64,000 nucleotides of DNA from an uncultured bacterium (GTDB lineage: Bacteria > Margulisbacteria > WOR-1 > CAVSGV01), in the NCBI GenBank assembly GCA_963768305.1, contig CAVYHE010000003.1, forward strand, positions 32,001-96,000. The letters run 5' to 3'. Positions within the stretch are counted from its first letter, which is position 1. Every line of letters starts with the position of its first letter. Below, piece by piece: positions 56,349 through 64,000 of the stretch. The notes below the pieces were generated by a model. It saw nothing but the letters and a program-made list of their open reading frames with translations. It did not search any database and was not told the origin of the DNA. A program made the translations under genes and the position numbers.

Positions 56349-56878
56349 CAAACTTCTTTTCTTTTACTAACAATTACCATAGCCGGCCTTAACAGCCGTT
56401 CGTGCATCGTGTAGCCTTTCTGCATTTCCTCAAGCACGATGCCGGGCTCTTTGTCGGATTCTTTCATCAAGATCGCTTCGTGCAGGTTCGGGTCATAAGG
56501 CTTTCCCAATGATTCGATCTGCTTTACGCCGAATTTATTCAGGACATCTTCGACCTGTTTCCTGATAAGCGCGAGTCCTTTTATGAGGTCGTCGCTGCCG
56601 GATTTTTTCGCGAAATCCATTGCGCGGGAGAAACCATCGATGACCGGAAGCAGTTCGGATGCCATAAGGCTGTTGGAATAGCGGACCAGCTCGTCCTTTT
56701 CCAGGTTCGAGCGCTTTTTATAGTTATCAAGGTCCGCGAGCGCGCGAAGGTATTTATTCTTCTGCTCTTCGATCGCCTTCTCTTTTTCCGCCAGCTGTTC
56801 TTTCAAGGATTCGATCTCCGTCTTTTCCTTCGGCAGTTCCTTGTGCTTTTCGGCGACTTCAGTGTGATGTTTTTTCAT
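56348..56878 (-). CDS. grpE: nucleotide exchange factor GrpE
   Basis: YLRALADLDNYKKR, LLPVID, YDPNLHEA, KGY...RLLRPAMV.V. Confidence 0.95.
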   Translation of the reverse strand: MKKHHTEVAEKHKELPKEKTEIESLKEQLAEKEKAIEEQKNKYLRALADLDNYKKRSNLEKDELVRYSNSLMASELLPVIDGFSRAMDFAKKSGSDDLIKGLALIRKQVEDVLNKFGVKQIESLGKPYDPNLHEAILMKESDKEPGIVLEEMQKGYTMHERLLRPAMVIVSKRKEV

Positions 56879-56889
56879 TCCAACCCCTT

Positions 56890-56952
56890 TACTTCCAACT
56901 CTTAACTCATAACTCTTAACTAATAACTGATAATTTATAACTCTTAACTTTT
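56890..56952 (-). repeat. degenerate 7-mer tandem array (nnnAGTT x ~9)
   Basis: Minus strand aaaagtt aagagtt ataaatt atcagtt attagtt aagagtt atgagtt aagagtt ggaagta. Confidence 0.75.
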
Positions 56953-57690
56953 CCCCTGCAACGCTTTCCTCAATGTCTTCGAAACCGTGTCTACCACAGA
57001 TGATATCTTTCCGTATGTCATTCTTGTCGGCCCGATTATGCTGATTGTGCCGACCGTTTCGCCTAAAATATCATATTTAGAAACCACGATGCTGCAGTCC
57101 TTTATCTTCTTGTGCTTTATCTCGGAGCCGATCTTTATGGTCACATTATCGTCCGGGATGTTCTCGCCAAGTATTTGTTCTATGAGGTTGTCATTTTCGA
57201 TGACGCTCAGGATGTTCTTTATGTGTTCGGAGTCGCTGAATTCCGGCTGGCTTGCGATATTAGCCAGTCCGCTGGAAAGGACCTTGAACGGAAGCTTGGG
57301 CGCGGTGACCACGGCGAGAAGATGGGAGAGGGTGGCGGCGACTTTCAGCGTCGCGTGAAGAAGCTCCTCGGTGTCCCTGCCTGCCGTCTTGTATGCTTTT
57401 TCGATGAAGTCGATCTCTTTCTGGGTGAGCCCGCGCAGTTTCATCAGCTGGTTAACAAAATATCGATATCCGAGATCTGACGGGATCCTGCCGGCGGAAG
57501 TATGCGGGGCTATGAGGAACCCTTCTTCTTCAAGTTCCGCCATCTCGTTGCGGATGGTGGCGGGGGAAATGTCGCGCATGTGGCGCTCGCGGATATTTTC
57601 CGAGCTTACCGGCTCCGCGTCGTGAAGGTAGTCGTTGACTATGGCCCCGAGTATTTTCTGTTTTCTTGCGTTTAGTGTTCTGGCTTTCAT
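56944..57690 (-). CDS. hrcA: heat-inducible transcription repressor, short form
   Basis: SPATIRNEMAELEE.G, PHTSAGRIPS..GYR.FV, QPEF, IIGPTRM.Y. Confidence 0.95.
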   Translation of the reverse strand: MKARTLNARKQKILGAIVNDYLHDAEPVSSENIRERHMRDISPATIRNEMAELEEEGFLIAPHTSAGRIPSDLGYRYFVNQLMKLRGLTQKEIDFIEKAYKTAGRDTEELLHATLKVAATLSHLLAVVTAPKLPFKVLSSGLANIASQPEFSDSEHIKNILSVIENDNLIEQILGENIPDDNVTIKIGSEIKHKKIKDCSIVVSKYDILGETVGTISIIGPTRMTYGKISSVVDTVSKTLRKALQGKS

Positions 57691-57691
57691 A

Positions 57692-57718
57692 TTAGCACTC
57701 CTATAAAGCGAGTGCTAA
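57692..57718. promoter_or_regulatory. CIRCE element (HrcA operator)
   Basis: Perfect TTAGCACTC-N9-GAGTGCTAA immediately upstream of the hrcA ATG. Confidence 0.97.
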
Positions 57719-57746
57719 TTCTAACATCAAGAGGAAAAAGTGTCAA
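57718..57746 (-). promoter_or_regulatory. sigma70-type promoter of the hrcA-grpE-dnaK-dnaJ operon
   Basis: Minus strand TTGACA-17 bp-TAGAAT with extended TG. Confidence 0.8.
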
Positions 57747-57758
57747 GATTCAGGAAAA
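57733..57758 (+). repeat. 26-bp direct repeat, left copy
   Basis: GGAAAAAGTGTCAAGATTCAGGAAAA, identical to 63846-63871. Confidence 0.92.
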
Positions 57759-57785
57759 TGAAGTTGAATTTATGTTTCGGGGTTA

Positions 57786-60700
57786 CTACTCCAATTTCAT
57801 TCTGAACAGGTTGCAGACCCAGTCTTGCGGCTGCTCATCTCCTCTTCCTCCTGCAAGGGAATAATTGCTCCCATCTGCTGAAGCATATCTTAAAACTTCG
57901 TAATCATCCGCATTTTGGCCCTCGTTCAGTTCATCTTGTAAAAGTTCAATATAAGGGATCACTTCAAAGCCTCTGCTCGCTTTAAGGTGATCGACTAATT
58001 CACTGAATGCGGATTTACCGATGCGTCTTATAAGGAGCTCTTTCATTGCCTCCTTTATGTCGCCCTCCCTGTTTACCGAAGCGAACAGATCCTTATCCAA
58101 CAATTTCACCGTTTCTTCATTCTTTTGTTCATCGCTCAAAGGTATAAGCATCACCAAAAGAGAGTTCAGGGATTGATAAAATGTATTCCTGTCTTGAGTC
58201 GTTAAAAGGGTATCCTTTATTTGTGATATCCTCTCAGTGTTATCAAAATTGTTGAACTTTCCCTTTTCAATTATTTCTTCTCCGATCTTTAAATGGACCT
58301 TCCCGTTAAAGAGGAATTCCTTAAGAATGTTCCTGATGGATGCGATGCTCGCCTTATTCAGGACATCGAATTCGCTTATCTTGAAAATAATGGATTGAAT
58401 ATCGTTCTCTGAAAAGATATTATCTCTTAAGAATATATGGATATAATTTGCCGTCATGAAATGAGGGTCCGCATCATCCATGACATTCATAAATATGTTC
58501 CATTGATATATGGCTTTTATTCCCTCGGTGAACCTATCCAAAGACGCCTTGTGTTCTCTGATTAAAGCTGCCCGTTCCTCCGGTTTTTTTTCATCCCACA
58601 GATCCTTTGCTTCCCATCGATACCTGTTAATATATTTATGGTACAGCGCTAGGTATGCCTTGTAATTTAGCAGGGCCTTTATTATCTCCAATTTAAAAAA
58701 TGCGTTCTCATTGAAATCCGAAGCCTCATTTAATTTATCATAGTCCTGCAAAATTGATGCTGCTATGGCCTCCGAGATAAGTTCTCTCAGCGCTAATGTT
58801 TCGACCTTGCCTTTTCCATATATGATGTCTTTGCCTAAATAAAGCGTTATGCCCTCTTTTGCAATGCTAATTCGGCTGTCCTTTAAAGAAGGTTCATGGA
58901 TCAGATTAAAAGCAATGTCCTGGATCTGGAGATTTAATCTTAAATTCCCAATCACTCCTTCCGGTATGGTTTTGATGATCTCCTCCGTCCTGCTCTTAAG
59001 GAGAAGCGCTTCTTCCCCTTTCAGCTCTCCATTATGGATTATGTGGCCCAGCCCATCACAAAAGCTTAAATGATTCTTTTCTAGAAGGGATCGCTCCTTT
59101 TCAACGGGAGCGGTTATTTCGCTTATAGTAGCCGGCTTTACATCTATTTCGGGAAGACTTTCGATCGTATAGACTTCCTTGTATTTGTAAGGTGGAGACT
59201 TGCTTAAACGGACATCTTCTGTTAACAAACCTTTCTTTAGATATCCTGCCATGGCAAGTTCCTCGATATATGTTTTTACTTCTTGCTGATTTGAATGTAG
59301 CCCTGAGTTGTAAACAATAACTGCTTTTTGCAGCCCGGATTTCTCGGCCATCTGCTTTGCCGCCATTAGGATGGCAAGGATCGCTTTTTCTCTGTCGATC
59401 GTGATCGCCCCCTGGAAAAGATTGATGCCGGTAAGCGATAGAACCCGATAACCCTGGTTGGATTTATCCTCCATGTTATTCAAAGGCGTTTTTAATATTT
59501 GCACCTGGGAAAAGCCAAGGACCCTGCCAGAAGTGTCTTTAAGGGCTATCGTGGCGAAATGATAACCTTCCTTCATTCCTTCCTGTATCTGGCGCGGTCT
59601 ATCCGGCCCAGTGCATACGCCAGTCATCATATATTCCCCGCTTAAATGCAAAAGATCGTCAAAAAGACCAACGCAAAGATCTTCTTTGGAGCCAACACTT
59701 AATCCTTTAAAGTTTTTGAGCTGTTTTTCAATGGATGCTGTATCATCGGCAAATAATTTGATCAAATGGTCCAAGATCCTGTCCTTAAGCTGCCGCTTCC
59801 TTAAAGATAACGTCCCCTTAAGTTCCGATAAATATTGCTCCCTTGCCTTGAAGAGAGCGGATCTTATCCTTTCAGGGTCTTTAGGCGGACGCTTCATTTG
59901 TGAAATGAATTTGCCAAGACCCCGCTCGATCCATAGAGAGAAAACCGCTTCAACTTGAACATTCTTATATATTATTTGAGGGAGCCATTTCCTTAAAAAG
60001 TAGTCTTTCATTTTTTCCTTGTCATTTGCTATCATTTCGAATTCAGGGTCGACTTTGAACAATTTGTTGGCACTCGAAATATTGACAAATCGAAATCCAA
60101 AACTCTCAAGGATCGCTTCTGCGGCGGCAATGTCCAGATATTTGCCTTCCACTTCTTCTTCCAGCCTTTTCTTTAAAATAGGCTTAAAATCCTGGATCAT
60201 TGTGTCAGCAAGAAGATTGTGCCAGCGGGAAAGAAAGCTCCTTCTTTCCGCAGCGCCTTGCGGGATATTTTGAAAATACGTTCTATCGCTTATGATCAGG
60301 CTTACGACCAAGGACTTTAACTGTGCCGGAGTTGGCATTTTCTTTGTGTTGAAGATGTCCTTAAGGGACAGGTCGCTTGTGCCGGCGCTGGAAGAAAGTC
60401 CTTTCAGAAGCTCATCCAGTTTCACTCGGTCTTCATCGGCGTCCGGCTGATAGCTGATTACGGTGCTGCCGCCTTTTAACGCATAAAGGGATCTCAGGGA
60501 CAACGGGAGCTCTTTTTGCCATTTTTCAGGTTTTTTTTCACTCAGAGTATTCTTAACTTTTTCATAGGTTGATATATAATCTTTGCCGGAAAAGTTGGAT
60601 ATCTGCATGTATTTGGCAAGTATGGCCAATTCATCCAGCTGACTGAAACCGTATCTGTTCTTGAACCCCTTGCTCCATCCCCAAAAAGTCCCCCAAGCGA

Positions 60701-63700
60701 TCTCTTTTGATTCTTTTTCTATGTCTTCTTTTAATTTTTCCAGGGCCGGCTTATCCGATTTATGGGCTTTAAAGTAGCTGAAGAAATTCATGGTGATTGT
60801 TTTAAATCCAAGACCGTAATACTTCTGGATATCACAGGAGAATTCCTGCCAGTCCCCATCGCTCCAATTTTGAAGAACGTCCATCTCCTTGTATTTTTTT
60901 AATGTCTCCAGTATGCCGGAGACCTCTTGAGGGGCGGCTCTCTGCTTCCCTTTGGCTGCTTCAAGAATAAGACCGTAGAGATAGCGGAACTTACCGTTCT
61001 TTTTTACAAGCTGGATCACATCCAGGCATCCTCCGACCAAAGATTCATTTTCTCCTATCATTCTGATGATCCTGGTCAAAGGATTATTCAAGGGCAATGC
61101 TTTTATGAGCTCTTGTATTTCTCCCAATCTTATGGCTGCGGAGTTAAGGCTGTTCAGGCAGAGCGGGAGGTTATCGTGGACCAGTTGCAGCAAAGAACCT
61201 ATTTTACGATATTCCTCATGCTTGCTTTCGCCTGTCAGCTTGCCTTTTTCCAGGTAAAAGTTTATTGATTCGGAGAACTGGCTTAAAAGAGGTTTCTGAT
61301 CTGTTTCGGGGTGCGCTTCTAGTTCTGAATTCACCGATCTTAAAAAGTTTCTTAAATAGGGCTCTAATAATAAAGGATTGTTCCGCTGGATCAACATCAA
61401 TACCCAAAGCGGAGGATTGGTTTCAAGGATATCGCTAAGGGTAGATCTATCCAGGTTGCGATTTGATAATATAATTGTTATAGCTTCGTCAATTTCATTA
61501 TTAATTCGACTTGTCTTTTTCGCGGTCAATAAGGCAGCGACCGCTCTTGCCTCGCACATTTGAGCCAAAGCATTTACGGCGGCTCTTTGAACATATTCTG
61601 TGTCATTTTCGTGTTGCAATGCAGCTAAAAGTGCCGGCACCGCCGGCTTGCCTATCTTGACCAGATCATTGGCGATATCCCCCCTCAACCACCCTTCACC
61701 GATCAAAATGTAAGCCTGTAATGCCGATCTATAATCACATCCCGATTCTTTTTCTATTGATTTATCATCGATCAAAAGAAGGGCTTTTGCCGACAAATAA
61801 CGGACATGGTTATTTTCATCTTTTAAGCTCTCCAATAGGGCGGGCGCCGCTTCTTTTTCTCCTATTTTGCCCAGGGCTTCCGCCGCGGCGCAGCGGACGC
61901 GACTATCTTTATCCTTCAATGCGGGAATAAGCGCGGCTACCGTTGGCTCGCCGATCTCGATCAGGGCTCTTTCCACGGCGTGGCTGACCCAGAAATCAGT
62001 CTTCTTCAATGCGACCATAAGAGCCGGGAGCGCCTCTTTTTCCCTTATTTTGCCCAAAGCTTCCGCTGCGGCGCAGCAAATGTCTTTATTTTCTTCTTTC
62101 ACCAAGACAGCCGTAAGGGCGGGGACCGCCTCTTTTCCTCCGATCTTCCCCAGGGCTTTTACCGAAGCATAAATGACATTTTCAACGTCATTTAGAGCCT
62201 CTCTTAAAAACGGGATAGTTCCTTTTTCCCCGATCTTTCCTATAGCTTCTGCTGCGAAACAACGAACATTCTCATTCTCATTTTTATCTTTCAATGCAGC
62301 TAAAAGCGCCGGTACCGCCGGCTTGCCTATCTTGAACAGATCATTAACGATATCCTTGCCCTGAGCATCTTCGCCGATCAAAATGTACGCTTGCAATACC
62401 GATCTATAATCACATCCCGATTCTTTTTCTATTGATTTATCATCGATCAAAAGAAGGGCTTTTGCCGACAAATAACGGACATGGTTATTTTCATCTTTTA
62501 AGCTCTCCAATAGGGCGGGCGCCGCTTCTTTATTTCCTATTTTGCCCAGGGCTTCCGCCGCGGCGCAGCGGACGCGACTATCTTTATCCTTCAATGCGGG
62601 AATAAGCGCAGGTATCGCTTCTTTTTTCCCGATTTTCCCAAGGGCTTCAGCCGCTATGCAGTGAATGTTTCCATCTTCATCATTCAATGTGGCGCAGAAC
62701 ATCGATACAGCTTCTTCATTTATAGCTTTTGCGGCTGAACGGCGAATATCTTGACTGTCAGATCTTAAGACAGCTGTCAGCATTGGAATATCATCAGCGT
62801 TAAATCGAGCCTTTTCGCCCGATCTTTTCGTGCTGGCATGCTTATCATCTACGGCGGAGATTAAGCCGGCGCTCAGGGGCAGGTTCTCCATTGATATTGT
62901 TCTGGTTATCATGTTAGTTAAATTGTTTGAGAAGATAAAGGCAACATCGTTCGATAAATTGAACGCTTCAAGCAACGCGGAAAAACTGACCTCTCTGTCT
63001 TCATTTAACGCCTTCAGGGCACTAAAAACCTTTATAGTGAGAATGCTTCTGTAAAGATATATTCCTATATCTTGTATCATTTTGGACAAAACATGAGCTG
63101 AATAAAGTATGGCAACAGGTAATCCCCATGCAACGCTCAGAATAGAAAATACCCTGAATGGGCCCTCCGGGAATAAAATGTCCATTCCAACGGGGAATAG
63201 GGCAATTAAGGAAACCGGCGCTAAACCAGCAATAAGCGATGCCGGATACAACAAAATTCTTTTGGGACTATCGCCATATTTTTCATTAAAAATTATCGCA
63301 TCCGACACTTTGGGCCAATTGCATCCAAGGATTTCCTTATGTAGCTCTTTTAGCCCAACAGGCATATCAGGATGTTCGCCTTTCATCCGGACCTTATATT
63401 CAACCAGGCTGTCGCTTATCATGTGCATCCTGTATGACGCTAATTTCCCGTTGATGATGTTGTGAAACGCTCCTTTTAATTGGTTGGCATGGCTTCCTTG
63501 AGAAATTTCGAGTTCCAGTATGCCGGCCGTATGAAGGCTTTTGGCGTAATCCCAGGAATATGGCAGAGGATTCCCGTTGGCAATGATCGCGCTTTCGGCA
63601 ATGGATATCTTGACTGGCCCATTTATGCTGAGGCCTGCAAGGGTTCGGGTAACTTTATTGGCGCCGCGCGGCGATAGAATTTTATTATTAAAAAGCCTAA

Positions 63701-63750
63701 ATGAGGGGCTTTTTCTTGCAATTAGATTCGATCCGCGCTGATATCGGCAT
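57786..63750 (-). CDS. giant HEAT-repeat protein (~1990 aa; inferred start 63750 needs a 1-nt frameshift in the first ~50 nt)
   Basis: 1880-aa ORF with PBS-lyase-type HEAT repeats (VRCAAAEALGKIG); frame stays open upstream to 63749; AGGTG plus ATG at 63750 in the adjacent frame. Confidence 0.85.
61724..62609 (-). repeat. internal duplication, ~211 bp near-identical at 675-bp offset
   Basis: 61724-61934 vs 62399-62609 encode ALIPALKDKDSRVRC...KESGCDYRS. Confidence 0.88.
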
Positions 63751-63785
63751 TATTTTTCACCTGGCCCTAAAACTTATTTATATTG

Positions 63786-63822
63786 CTGAATATGTATCGT
63801 CAAAATTGACCGGAAATCTCAC
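63786..63822 (-). promoter_or_regulatory. shared upstream motif, putative sigma28-like promoter (copy 2)
   Basis: Minus strand gtGAGA-N15-GACGATACatattcag; matches 38752-38788. Confidence 0.55.
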
Positions 63823-63845
63823 TTTTTGCGAGGTATTTTTAAGGC

Positions 63846-63871
63846 GGAAAAAGTGTCAAGATTCAGGAAAA
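63846..63871 (+). repeat. 26-bp direct repeat, right copy
   Basis: Identical to 57733-57758. Confidence 0.92.
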
Positions 63872-63895
63872 CAAGGCGGAACTTGCCCTCCGGAA

Positions 63896-64000
63896 TTAAA
63901 TGTTCTTATAAAAGGTAACAGGCATGTATTGAACTACCTGCTCACCATTATCCTTCAGCAATGAGATCGGATAATCAACGGTCACCTTATCCGGCAGCAT
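63896..64000 (-). CDS. 3' end of a gene entering from beyond the window
   Basis: Open frame LPDKVTVDYPISLLKDNGEQVVQYMPVTFYKNI* ending 24 bp before the right repeat. Confidence 0.5.
   Translation of the reverse strand: MLPDKVTVDYPISLLKDNGEQVVQYMPVTFYKNI

Larger units (their letters stand above)
57759..63871. mobile_element. putative inserted single-gene cassette bounded by 26-bp direct repeats, no recombinase
   Basis: Exact flanking repeats around one giant orphan gene and its upstream motif; looks AT-richer than the neighbouring operon. Confidence 0.55.

Noticed and set aside
1..64000. CRISPR arrays, reverse transcriptases, transposases, prophage or rRNA genes
   Set aside because: No repeat-spacer arrays or recognisable motifs found by eye or in the ORF track.

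Overview
A gene-dense bacterial chromosome window, mostly housekeeping. It combines yggS-sepF-proC-yggT, holB-PSP1, glyQS, an SLH protein and CIRCE/hrcA with Lpt, Lnt and TolC outer-membrane genes, which points to a diderm Terrabacterium; Saganbacteria/Margulisbacteria is my inference, unverified. Also present: relA/spoT, rpsU, trpD, proS, purFMNH, tsaC, macAB, RNase P RNA, rnhA, tadA, two tRNA-Ser genes, pyrR, sbcCD-like genes, mtaB, rsmE and grpE-dnaK-dnaJ. Many genes, including essential glyS and proS, carry small frameshifts, most likely uncorrected sequencing indels rather than pseudogenes. Main signals: (1) a 6.1-kb cassette encoding one ~2000-aa HEAT-repeat protein lies between exact 26-bp direct repeats that duplicate the hrcA -35 box, with no recombinase; (2) that gene and an unrelated 147-aa orphan 25 kb away share a 37-bp upstream motif with sigma28-like geometry and the N-terminal pattern MP[IV]xxRI[DE]S, suggesting co-regulated, possibly exported proteins; (3) tiny dispersed DNA elements, including a 36-bp element read in different frames inside two proteins, 7-mer arrays at gene junctions and a REP-like hairpin pair with compensatory changes; (4) a probable aldolase pseudoenzyme upstream of relA and several apparently leaderless genes.
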